From: Patescibacteria group bacterium
GTDB taxonomy: Bacteria > Patescibacteriota > Patescibacteriia > Patescibacteriales > UBA12465
DNA: 64,000 nt
Reading direction: 5' to 3'
Assembly (NCBI GenBank): GCA_041658665.1
Contig: JBAZZR010000002.1
Span: 243,437-307,436, forward strand
The position numbers and the translations under genes were made by a program. Of this stretch, positions 28,286 through 38,414 are shown one piece after another. How positions within the stretch are numbered: the first letter of the stretch is position 1; every line of letters starts with the position of its first letter. A model generated the notes under the pieces. It was not told the DNA's origin, ran no database searches, and was given only the letters and a program-made list of their open reading frames with translations.

Positions 28286-28406
28286 ATTCTTTTGGCTAAT
28301 ACTAACCGCCCTATTGAGAAAATTAATTCCCCCTTGATCGTCTCCTCGCTAGTTAGTAGATTTCCAGATTAAAAAACAGGTTAATACCTGATTGGAGTTT
28401 ATTACT

Positions 28407-28961
28407 TTATTTCTTATTGATCAATATCATAGTAAATCTTCCGCCCTGATTTGTCAAGGGTTGTTCAATTTCAATATTAAAATCAGGGTTAGTCTGCAAC
28501 TTAGCGGCAAAATTTCTAACTATTTCAGCCGCTTTTTGCGGATATTGACGCTCGCGCCCTCTTAAAATAAGCTCTATTTTAATTTTATTATCTTTAGATA
28601 AAAATTTTCCCGCTTGAATTTGTCTCATTTCTCGGTCGTGCTCACTGATTCGGAAAGACAAACGAATATTCTTGGTTTCAGTCTTCTTTTGCTGCATTTT
28701 CTGCTTATGAGCTTGTTTTTCACGCTCATACTTTAATTGACCGAGATTAACAATCTTAACCACCGGCGGTTCCGCCTTAGGATTAACTTCCACTAAATCG
28801 AGGCCCGCTTCTTCGGCCATCGCGATCGCTTGAATAGTAGTCAATTTACCGATTGCTTCATTATTCTCGTCAATCAAAAAAACTTCAGGAACGCGGATCT
28901 GATTATTAGCCCGAAAACTAGGCGCTTCTTTACGTTCGACGCGATGGAATTTAATACGCAT
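28407..28961 (-). CDS. infC: Translation initiation factor IF-3
   Basis: 'N.QIRVPEV.LID', 'GLDLVEV.P.A.PPV.KI', 'I..HD', 'RGRE'. Confidence 0.96.
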   Translation of the reverse strand: MRIKFHRVERKEAPSFRANNQIRVPEVFLIDENNEAIGKLTTIQAIAMAEEAGLDLVEVNPKAEPPVVKIVNLGQLKYEREKQAHKQKMQQKKTETKNIRLSFRISEHDREMRQIQAGKFLSKDNKIKIELILRGRERQYPQKAAEIVRNFAAKLQTNPDFNIEIEQPLTNQGGRFTMILINKK

Positions 28962-29055
28962 TTTAGTATTTAAAAAATTATCTTTTATTAGGTGAGATTA
29001 TTATATATGTTTTATAGCTTAAAATAAGCAAAAAGTCAAAGATGAAAATGAAAAA

Positions 29056-30198
29056 CTATTTGAATTGAGAGATGGCCATTTCAATAAAACCAAACCCAAT
29101 ATCTTTTAAACCCGCTTCATTAGACTCTAAAATAACCACATCATGATCTTCAATAATTTCCTTAATATTTAAAGCTCCTTTATCTAAAGGCAAAAAAGTA
29201 TTGGCGGGATATTGAGAATTTTTGCTAAAGTAATAATAAAAATTTGAATCGCCAATAATTTTAGCTTCTTTAACAACACGCAGTATATTCCAAATAAAAC
29301 TCCCCCCGACGATAAGTAGCCGGGGACGATAAGTAGAGTTATTAATTATTCGTGGCCGAGGGTAGGGTAGTGGTTCATAAAATATTTCTTCTTGCCAAAT
29401 ATTTATTAAATCGGCTAAATCTCTGTCTTCTTTACGCGCCGACTGTAAAATTTCTATATCAGTGCAAGAAATCTGAGGCCAATTTGGATCACTTTCATCT
29501 AAATTATAAAATAACTGGGCAGAAACTAAGCAGGCGCCCAAATAATTCCAATGAATACCCCCTTTGGCGAAAAGAACATAGGGGCTAGATTGTTTAAGGC
29601 TCGATAGATAAACATGACTGTCAAAATAAGACACTTTATATTTATCTAATAAATCGCGATAAATATTATAATTCGTTAATTTATCACCCTGATACTTCGT
29701 AACACCAAGCGGCAAATATTCTGGATAAATGGCCGCCTTACTCGGGCTGAGCAAAACCATAAACTTTTTTCCTCGAGACTCGACTAAATTCTGTAATACT
29801 TTTATATTTTTTACTTTATTTTCAATATCTCCAGGCGCCATAATCTCAGGAGACTCATAATCATCGATATATCCTTTTTCATACAACTGATTATTTCTCC
29901 CGATAACAATCGGAGCATTAGTCTTCTGACTTATTTCTTGAAACAAAGAAAAATTCAATTGATTGTCAGTTTTAACAAAATAAGCGCGTAGTCCTAGATG
30001 ATTACCCAACCACTCGTCAAAATATTTTTGGAAATCACCAGTGAACCAACTCGACCAAGAAAAATTAAAAACCTTGTCTTCGAACACTACTCCGTTTAAG
30101 GATGTCTCCGGCAAAAACGGCCATAACGTCTGTACGAACGGCAAACTAATCAGAAAAAAGAAGGCGGTTAAGAAAATAATTTTAATATATTTAGACAT
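29056..30198 (-). CDS. AlgX/AlgJ-type SGNH O-acetyltransferase
   Basis: 'P.K..IYPE.LP', 'HWN..GA', 'LLIVG.SF'; N-terminal anchor; follows an MBOAT gene. Confidence 0.78.
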   Translation of the reverse strand: MSKYIKIIFLTAFFFLISLPFVQTLWPFLPETSLNGVVFEDKVFNFSWSSWFTGDFQKYFDEWLGNHLGLRAYFVKTDNQLNFSLFQEISQKTNAPIVIGRNNQLYEKGYIDDYESPEIMAPGDIENKVKNIKVLQNLVESRGKKFMVLLSPSKAAIYPEYLPLGVTKYQGDKLTNYNIYRDLLDKYKVSYFDSHVYLSSLKQSSPYVLFAKGGIHWNYLGACLVSAQLFYNLDESDPNWPQISCTDIEILQSARKEDRDLADLINIWQEEIFYEPLPYPRPRIINNSTYRPRLLIVGGSFIWNILRVVKEAKIIGDSNFYYYFSKNSQYPANTFLPLDKGALNIKEIIEDHDVVILESNEAGLKDIGFGFIEMAISQFK

Positions 30199-30210
30199 GG
30201 CCGTAAATTT

Positions 30211-31698
30211 TTAAAAACGAAAATAGATAAAAGGGTTAAACTGCGAATTAGTTAAAGACATCAGGGAAAGGAGTAAAATTAGAAAACTAAAAAAATACTT
30301 AACTATTAATTGCTCAGAAATAAAACGATGGGTTAATTTATCAACTAAACGTTCAAATAACTTAGTGGCGGGGAAAAAACTTACAAAAATAGCTAAAATA
30401 AAAATAAATAATTGCCGGTGACTATATAAATCTAAACTACTAACTATCTCTGTTAGTCTAAAGGCTGAAAAATTAAATAAACTTCTTAAATAACGCCAGG
30501 CTAAAGACAGATCTTCTATTCTAAAAAATACCCAACTTAAATTAATAGCTAAAAAAGTTAAAAAAATATTTATTCCCCTGTTCAGACGACTACTTATTTT
30601 CAACCAGAACAAACGATCAATCGTTAAAAATAAGCCATGAATCGCCCCCCAAATTATAAAATTCCAATTAGCGCCATGCCATAACCCCGAGAGCAAAAAA
30701 ACCAACCAAAGATTAATATAAGTCCGAGTAGTAGAGATTCTATTTCCGCCCAAAGGAATATACAAATATTCTCGCATCCAAGTTGATAAAGAAATATGCC
30801 AGCGGCGCCAAAACTCCGTAATATTTTGTGAAATATAAGGATAATTAAAATTTTCTTTAAAGTGAAAGCCTAATAAACGAGCGAGACCGATGGCCATATC
30901 CGAATAACCAGAAAAATCAAAATAAATTTGTAAAGCATAACCAATAATACCCAGCCAAGCATAAACCAAAGGCAAGGGAGCGACCGCCGATAAATTAAAA
31001 ATCCGATCGGCAAATTCGCCTAAAGAATTAGCCAACAAAACTTTTTTACCTAATCCTAAAGAGAAACGATAAACGCCATAACTTAAATTTTCTAAAGAAT
31101 GGCGACGTGATTTTAATTCTTCGGCAATATCGCTGTAGCGAACAATCGGACCGGCAATAACGTGAGGAAAGAGCATAAGATAGGCGGCAAAATCTATTAA
31201 GCTACGCGCCGGCCTAAGGTTCCCCCGATAAACTTCAAAAATATAACTCAGTTCTTGAAAAATAGTAAAAGATATCCCAATCGGCAAGAGAACTGGCGAC
31301 CAGGCAATTGCTGAGAAACCAAATCCACTTAGTAGAGTATTAAACTGATCCACAAAAAAATTACTGTATTTAAAATAAGCTAACAACCCCAAATTCATTA
31401 AAATCGAAATAATAAAAAGAATTTTTGGGGCCAATTTAACTAAATAATTTAAACTAACCCCATATAGCTGTCTACCGGCTAACCGTCCAAACTTCAATTC
31501 AAATATAAGTAAGCTCACTAAATAATCAGCGGTAATAGTCCCCAATAATAAAAAGGCAAAACGGGGAGCACCCCAAGAATAAAAAAAATAACCACCAATC
31601 AAAATAAATAAATTCTTAAAACGACCGGGCGTAAGATAGTACAAAGCCAGAAAAATCGGTAGAAATAAAAAAATGAATATTGTAGAACTAAAAACCAT
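30211..31698 (-). CDS. MBOAT O-acyltransferase (AlgI/PatA-like)
   Basis: 'LPIGISF..FQ', 'AGPIVR', 'QIYFDFSGYSDMAIG', 'FWRRWHISLS.W.R.YLYIPLGG', 'SGLWHGA'. Confidence 0.92.
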   Translation of the reverse strand: MVFSSTIFIFLFLPIFLALYYLTPGRFKNLFILIGGYFFYSWGAPRFAFLLLGTITADYLVSLLIFELKFGRLAGRQLYGVSLNYLVKLAPKILFIISILMNLGLLAYFKYSNFFVDQFNTLLSGFGFSAIAWSPVLLPIGISFTIFQELSYIFEVYRGNLRPARSLIDFAAYLMLFPHVIAGPIVRYSDIAEELKSRRHSLENLSYGVYRFSLGLGKKVLLANSLGEFADRIFNLSAVAPLPLVYAWLGIIGYALQIYFDFSGYSDMAIGLARLLGFHFKENFNYPYISQNITEFWRRWHISLSTWMREYLYIPLGGNRISTTRTYINLWLVFLLSGLWHGANWNFIIWGAIHGLFLTIDRLFWLKISSRLNRGINIFLTFLAINLSWVFFRIEDLSLAWRYLRSLFNFSAFRLTEIVSSLDLYSHRQLFIFILAIFVSFFPATKLFERLVDKLTHRFISEQLIVKYFFSFLILLLSLMSLTNSQFNPFIYFRF

Positions 31699-31815
31699 AA
31701 TGATAAAACAAAAAATGCTTCAATATCATACTAAACTCATCATAAACATTATAGCATTAAAATATTAAGCGGCTAAAGCCGACTCCGACTCAAAATTAAC
31801 CGCTTATTTTACCTC

Positions 31816-31844
31816 TTGACAAGGAAATTAGATTAATATAAAAT
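31816..31844 (+). promoter_or_regulatory. rRNA promoter
   Basis: TTGACA-17 bp-TAAAAT; boxA-like GCACCTTAAAAA near 31924. Confidence 0.7.
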
Positions 31845-32064
31845 GAATTTATTAAAAATAAAACAAAATAGTTTCATAAAAGCAAGATATGTTTTATATC
31901 TCTGTTTTTTTCTGTCTATTTTGGCACCTTAAAAAATCAATAAACACAATCATGGTGATGGTTAAATTTTGATGCTAATTGGCATCAATTCGAAAAAAAA
32001 ATTTTGTCCGTTTTTTAAACGGAATCATATACGAAAACGCAAGTTTTCAATTAGAGTCAATCAA

Positions 32065-33545
<1,481 letters not shown>

Positions 33546-33674
33546 TCTAGGGAGAAAATTTCTTACTTCTTCGGAAATAAGAAATAGTCGCCTCCGGCAT
33601 GACGCTGGAGTGGTTATCGCGAGATAACAACGAATTGATGCCAATTAGACTTGAAATGCATTATCATGATATAC

Positions 33675-33701
33675 AAAAAAACCGCTTGCAAGCGGTTTTT
33701 T
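33675..33701. terminator. Terminator ending the 16S transcription unit
   Basis: AAAAAAACCGCT-tgca-AGCGGTTTTTT. Confidence 0.85.
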
Positions 33702-33726
33702 AGTTTTTTTTAACTTAGGTCAAAAC

Positions 33727-33798
33727 TTATTCAATAATTACTGCTGTGCCATAACACAAAACTTCAGTCACTCCGCCCATTACTTCCGTGGCATCATA
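33727..33798 (-). pseudogene. C-terminal remnant of a YbjQ (UPF0145) family gene
   Basis: Reverse frame reads YDATEVMGGVTEVLCYGTAVIIE*; in-frame stop 5 codons upstream and no start before the fragment. Confidence 0.75.
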
Positions 33799-33823
33799 AA
33801 ATTTAAAAATTATTATTTAAAAT

Positions 33824-34813
33824 TTATTTAACCCCAATTAATTTTCTCACCACCTCTAATTTTTTCTGAGCGATGGCTTCGGCTTTCTCGCGGCCATTCT
33901 CTAATATTTCTAAAACCTCTTCGTCACTAATATTTTCATATTTTTTCTGAAAATCTCCTAAAAATTTAGCGACGACTTCGGCTAAATCTTTCTTAAAATC
34001 ACCGTAACCTCTGCCTTTATAATCTTTAACTAGGCGCGGAATTTCACGATTGCCCAAAACCGCATAAATTGTTAAAAGATTGGAAAGAGCTGGCTTATTT
34101 TCTATATCATAGTCGATCTCATCGCCTGAATCAGTGATCGCGCGCATTATTTTTTTTCTCGCTGCTTCTAGATCATCTAATAAACCGATACAATTATTTT
34201 GATTTTCATCACTCTTACTCATTTTCTTGGCCGGATCAAGCAACGACATTATTCGCGAACCCTCTCGACGGGCGACGGCCTGAGGGATTTTAAAAATACT
34301 ACCAAAATCTTTATTAAAACGCCGCGCAATATCGCGAGTTAATTCAACATGTTGCTGTTGATCCGCCCCAATCGGCACAATATCAGTATCATACAATAAT
34401 ATATCAGCCGCCATTAAAACCGGATAATCATACAAACCAACGCTCACCGCTTCCTGATTTTTGCCAGCTTTATCCTTAAACTGAGTCATCTTATTTAAGT
34501 CAGCAATATAGGCTCCATAACAATTAAAGATCCAAGCTAGTTCGGTATGCGCCGGAATGGCCGATTGTTGGAAAATAATGGATTTTTTCGGATCAATACC
34601 GGCCGCTAAATAAATTTTAGCGACTTCGATAATTCGTTTTCTTAATGCTGTCGGATCTTGCTTAACGGTAATTGCGTGATAATCGACAATCGAAAAAATA
34701 CAATCATATTCTTTTTGCATTTTCACCCATTGAGAAATCGCTCCGATATAATTACCAATATTCAAGCGACCGCTAGGCTGAATACCAGAAAAAATAATTT
34801 TGGTAGTAGTCAT
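33824..34813 (-). CDS. trpS: Tryptophan--tRNA ligase
   Basis: 'FSGIQPSG.L.IGNY.GA', 'MTQFKDK', 'YPVLMAADILLY', 'KMSKS'. Confidence 0.97.
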   Translation of the reverse strand: MTTTKIIFSGIQPSGRLNIGNYIGAISQWVKMQKEYDCIFSIVDYHAITVKQDPTALRKRIIEVAKIYLAAGIDPKKSIIFQQSAIPAHTELAWIFNCYGAYIADLNKMTQFKDKAGKNQEAVSVGLYDYPVLMAADILLYDTDIVPIGADQQQHVELTRDIARRFNKDFGSIFKIPQAVARREGSRIMSLLDPAKKMSKSDENQNNCIGLLDDLEAARKKIMRAITDSGDEIDYDIENKPALSNLLTIYAVLGNREIPRLVKDYKGRGYGDFKKDLAEVVAKFLGDFQKKYENISDEEVLEILENGREKAEAIAQKKLEVVRKLIGVK

Positions 34814-34861
34814 ACAAACAGCATAAATAATTAATCTCTTACTTTTATTGTACTGAAAATA

Positions 34862-36091
34862 CTAGCGAAAAGCAATTTCGCCATATTTTTCTTCAATATA
34901 ATCCAGGTCTTTATCACCTCTCCCCGATAAATTAACAATAATTATTTGGTCAGAACTTAATTTAGGGGCAGTCTTGATCGCCTGAGCAATAGCATGAGCG
35001 CTTTCTAGAGCCGGGATAATCCCCTCTAAGCGAGAAAGTAAAACGAAGGCTTCTACGGCTTCTTGATCGCTGACTGTTGTATATTCAACTCGTCCCGTGT
35101 CTTTTAAAAAAGAATGAATTGGACCAATCCCGGGATAATCTAACCCGGAAGCAATAGAATGGACCGGTTGAGGCTGACCATTTTTATCCTGTAACAAATA
35201 AGTATGCATACCATGCAAAGTGCCCGGCTGGCCATAAGTCAGTGTCGCGGCATGTTCACCAACGCCACGGCCTCGTCCACTCGGCTCAGCGCCAATCATC
35301 TTTACAGTCGCTTCATCTAAAAATTCGTAAAATAGGCCGAGGGCATTAGACCCGCCCCCAACACAACCGATCAAAACGTCGGGTAAACGATTTTCTTTAT
35401 CTAGTATTTGTTGTTTAGCTTCCCGACCAACAATACTTTGGAAATAGGCGACTAATGAGGGGTAGGGATGGGGGCCGACGACCGAACCAATGGCGAAAAA
35501 AGTCGTTTGGTACTCTTTCATATAAGTCATAAAGGCACTATCAACTGCGTCTTTAAGTGATTGTCCACCCGATTCTACTTCGACTACCGTGGCCCCCAAT
35601 AATTTCATTCGCTTAACATTTTCTTGCTGTTTCTTAATATCAATCGCGCCCATATGAATTTCGCATTCAAGTCCCATCACGGCTGCAGCCGTAGCGAGCG
35701 CCACGCCATGCTGGCCCGCTCCGGTTTCAGCCAACACTTTTTTCTTTCCTAAGCGCTTCGCTAACAATGTTTCGCCTAAACAGTGATTAATTTTATGAGC
35801 TCCAGTATGATTAAGATCTTCTCGCTTCAAATAGATTTTAGCACCACCCAACTTCTTAGTTAAATTTTTCGCGTAGTAAAGCGGGGAAGGACGACCGACA
35901 TAATCACGTAATAAAGATTGATACTCTGCTAAAAACAAGGGGTCTCTTTTAGCTTCGCTAAAAGCGGCTTCGACTTCACGCAAAGCGGGAATTAATTCTG
36001 CGGGGACAAACTGACCGCCATAAGGGCCATAAAAGCCGTCTTTATCAGGCAAACTATGATAAGATTCCTTAAAAATTATTTTATTAGACAT
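34862..36091 (-). CDS. trpB: Tryptophan synthase beta subunit (TrpB1 type)
   Basis: 'KREDLNHTGAHKIN', 'AETGAGQHGVA', 'GGGSNA', 'GLDYPG.GP', 'EGIIPALESAHA', 'NLSGRGDKD'. Confidence 0.97.
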   Translation of the reverse strand: MSNKIIFKESYHSLPDKDGFYGPYGGQFVPAELIPALREVEAAFSEAKRDPLFLAEYQSLLRDYVGRPSPLYYAKNLTKKLGGAKIYLKREDLNHTGAHKINHCLGETLLAKRLGKKKVLAETGAGQHGVALATAAAVMGLECEIHMGAIDIKKQQENVKRMKLLGATVVEVESGGQSLKDAVDSAFMTYMKEYQTTFFAIGSVVGPHPYPSLVAYFQSIVGREAKQQILDKENRLPDVLIGCVGGGSNALGLFYEFLDEATVKMIGAEPSGRGRGVGEHAATLTYGQPGTLHGMHTYLLQDKNGQPQPVHSIASGLDYPGIGPIHSFLKDTGRVEYTTVSDQEAVEAFVLLSRLEGIIPALESAHAIAQAIKTAPKLSSDQIIIVNLSGRGDKDLDYIEEKYGEIAFR

Positions 36092-36142
36092 ATAATTAGT
36101 TTAAATTTATTAAATAAGGTTCAATAAAACTGCCGATATTAA

Positions 36143-36211
36143 TTATCGACTGAAACAGGTATAGTTTCGCCAAGAATGATTGGTGCGATTGTAAAAATAA
36201 AATTTATCCAT
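36143..36211 (-). CDS. Candidate leader peptide MDKFYFYNRTNHSWRNYTCFSR
   Basis: 22-codon ORF with one TGG; stop lies inside hairpin GTCGATA-attaa-TATCGGC, about 50 nt before the trpB ATG. Confidence 0.3.
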   Translation of the reverse strand: MDKFYFYNRTNHSWRNYTCFSR

Positions 36212-36257
36212 AAATTAGTAGTCGGGCCTATTCTGGTATATCTCAGCTCACCCTAAT

Positions 36258-36445
36258 AAAAAAGACCCCAAGGGGGGCCAGCCAAAAACCTTGTTCACCG
36301 TCTCCATTAATTATGACAACGGTTATCCTATGATTACGGAGGAAGCCGAATCTCCACTAACGCAGAGACTATCCCCCGGTCGAACACTATTATGCTCGCC
36401 GGTGTTTATGCCCAACCCCGGTAAATCCGGGACATAAACTAAGAT
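36258..36445 (-). ncRNA. Candidate multi-hairpin structured RNA upstream of trpB (unassigned)
   Basis: Successive GC-rich hairpins ending in GGCCCC-cctt-GGGGTC-TTTTTT; promoter TTGACA(36504-36499)-17-TATATT(36481-36476). Confidence 0.55.
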
Positions 36446-36591
36446 TTTAGAATTGTAATTTGTACTAATAATGACAATATAGCTCACGAATCTAAAAGTG
36501 TCAATACTAAAAATAATTAAAATGGCTCCTTGAAAAATAAATTTTTTGTGTTAATATACAATCGAGGAAGATTCTCCTTTTTTTATTAGTT

Positions 36592-36662
36592 CGGGCTGTA
36601 GTATAATGGTAGTACGCGTGCATGGGGTGCATGTAGCCCCGGTTCGATTCCGGGCAGCCCGA
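36592..36662 (+). tRNA. tRNA-Pro(GGG)
   Basis: CGGGCTG...CAGCCCG-A, loop ATGGGGT. Confidence 0.92.
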
Positions 36663-36690
36663 CACTCTCAAAAAACAAGGAAATTAACAA

Positions 36691-36763
36691 GGGCTTGTAG
36701 CTCATCTGGTAGAGCGCTGCATTCGCATTGCAGAGGTAAGGGGTTCGAGTCCCCTCAAGTCCA
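36691..36763 (+). tRNA. tRNA-Ala(CGC)
   Basis: GGGCTTG...CAAGTCC-A, G3:U70 pair, loop TTCGCAT. Confidence 0.92.
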
Positions 36764-36829
36764 CCTTGACTCGCCGTAACTTTAGCTCGCTTCGCCTACG
36801 AAGCGAAGCAAGCGAAGACGGTGAATAAG

Positions 36830-36904
36830 CGGGCTGTGGTATAAAGGCTATTATACACGCTTCGGGTGCGTGTGATCCCAGTTCAATTCTGGGCAGCCCG
36901 ACCA
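36830..36904 (+). tRNA. tRNA-Pro(CGG)
   Basis: CGGGCTG...CAGCCCG-ACCA, loop TTCGGGT. Confidence 0.92.
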
Positions 36905-36948
36905 TAATAATATACTCCCTAATTATTCTAGGAATTTGTTTTTTATTT

Positions 36949-38412
36949 ATGATAGATTTCAAAAAAAAAATAGAAGAAGATGAACGCTCCGCCGGCTACC
37001 AAAATAAACAGACGGATTATGAATACGAGAATATAATCATAAACAATAAAAAACGAAAACGATTAGTGACTTATGCTATTGCTATTCTTACTATCGCTTT
37101 AATATTCTCCGGAAAAATCTTGATGTCTAGTCAAAGCGCGACGACATGGTTCTCAGAAAATATTTTATTCAAAGGGCTAAAACATTTAGTACCCAGCGTC
37201 ACTAAACAAATAAACGGTGAGGAAACAGACCGAGTTAATATTCTTCTGTTAGGAATTGGCGGCGAAGGACACGACGGCGCTTATCTTACCGACACGATAA
37301 TACTAGCCAGCCTTAAACCATCGACTAAACAAGTCTCTTTAATATCTATCCCTCGTGATTTAGTTTCGCCGGTCAGCAATTGGCGAAAAATTAATAGTGT
37401 TAGTGCTCTAGCCGAACAACAGTTACCCGGTAGCGGTAGCGAAGCAACCGCACGAGCAATCGCGGAATTATTACAAATTCCTATTCATTATTATGTCCGG
37501 GCCGACTTCCAGGGATTTATTAATATTATCGATCAACTAGGCGGCGTAACTATTAATGTCGAAAATCAACTAGACGATTATTCTTATCCCATATTAGGCC
37601 GGGAAGATAACCCGAATTATTATTCTCGCTACGAGCATCTCCATATCGAAAAGGGCGAACAAACGATGGACGGATCATTAGCTTTAAAATATGCCCGGAG
37701 TCGTCATGCTCTAAATTCGGAAGGCTCTGATTTTGCTAGAGCACGACGGCAACAGTTAGTTTTAGAGGCTGTAAAAAACAAATTACTTTCCACTAAGACG
37801 CTGCTCAACCCCGTCATGATTAGTAAATTAATCGGAGAATTTAACAAAAATGTCGCCACTAGTTTAAATGCCTGGGAGATGCTAAGATTGTGGGACCTCT
37901 TTAAAGATATTGACCGGTCGCAAATTATTAATAAAGTTTTAAGCGATGCTCCAGATGGCCTATTAATTTCCGGCCGGGGAGAAGATGGCGCTTATATATT
38001 GACCCCTCGCTCCGGTAATTTCGCAGCTATCAGAAATTTAGTCCGAGACATCTTTGAGGTTAACGGTGTAATAGATAAACCGGCCGAAATAGAAATGATC
38101 CGAGATCATTCTAACGTAGTTATCCTAAACGGCACTTGGGTCAGCGGTTTAGCCGGAAAAGTAGCGGTCGATTTAGAACAAGTAAAATTCCAAATCAACA
38201 AAATCGGCAATGCGCCGACCAGAAATTATTCTCAAACAATAATTTATCCTTTATCGACTAGTACTAGCGCCCACTCTCTAAAAATTTTAACATCGACTAC
38301 CCAGGGTCTATTTTCTAACGAGCTGCCAGAATGGGCCAAAATTTATTACTCTAGCAGTTCTGAACCGGCTTTTCTCCTCATCTTAGGAAGTGACGCTAAT
38401 CAAAAAGATTAA
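36949..38412 (+). CDS. LCP (LytR-CpsA-Psr) family protein with LytR_C domain
   Basis: 'NILLLG', 'LTDTI', 'SIPRDL', 'AL.YARSR', 'SDF.RA.RQQ', 'ILNGT..SGLA'. Confidence 0.92.
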   Translation: MIDFKKKIEEDERSAGYQNKQTDYEYENIIINNKKRKRLVTYAIAILTIALIFSGKILMSSQSATTWFSENILFKGLKHLVPSVTKQINGEETDRVNILLLGIGGEGHDGAYLTDTIILASLKPSTKQVSLISIPRDLVSPVSNWRKINSVSALAEQQLPGSGSEATARAIAELLQIPIHYYVRADFQGFINIIDQLGGVTINVENQLDDYSYPILGREDNPNYYSRYEHLHIEKGEQTMDGSLALKYARSRHALNSEGSDFARARRQQLVLEAVKNKLLSTKTLLNPVMISKLIGEFNKNVATSLNAWEMLRLWDLFKDIDRSQIINKVLSDAPDGLLISGRGEDGAYILTPRSGNFAAIRNLVRDIFEVNGVIDKPAEIEMIRDHSNVVILNGTWVSGLAGKVAVDLEQVKFQINKIGNAPTRNYSQTIIYPLSTSTSAHSLKILTSTTQGLFSNELPEWAKIYYSSSSEPAFLLILGSDANQKD

Positions 38413-38414
38413 AT

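Noticed and set aside
36100-36470. T-box riboswitch upstream of trpB/trpS
   Set aside because: No UGGNACC antiterminator bulge or recognisable Stem I; TAGGGTGAG and GCTGAGA are only partial look-alikes
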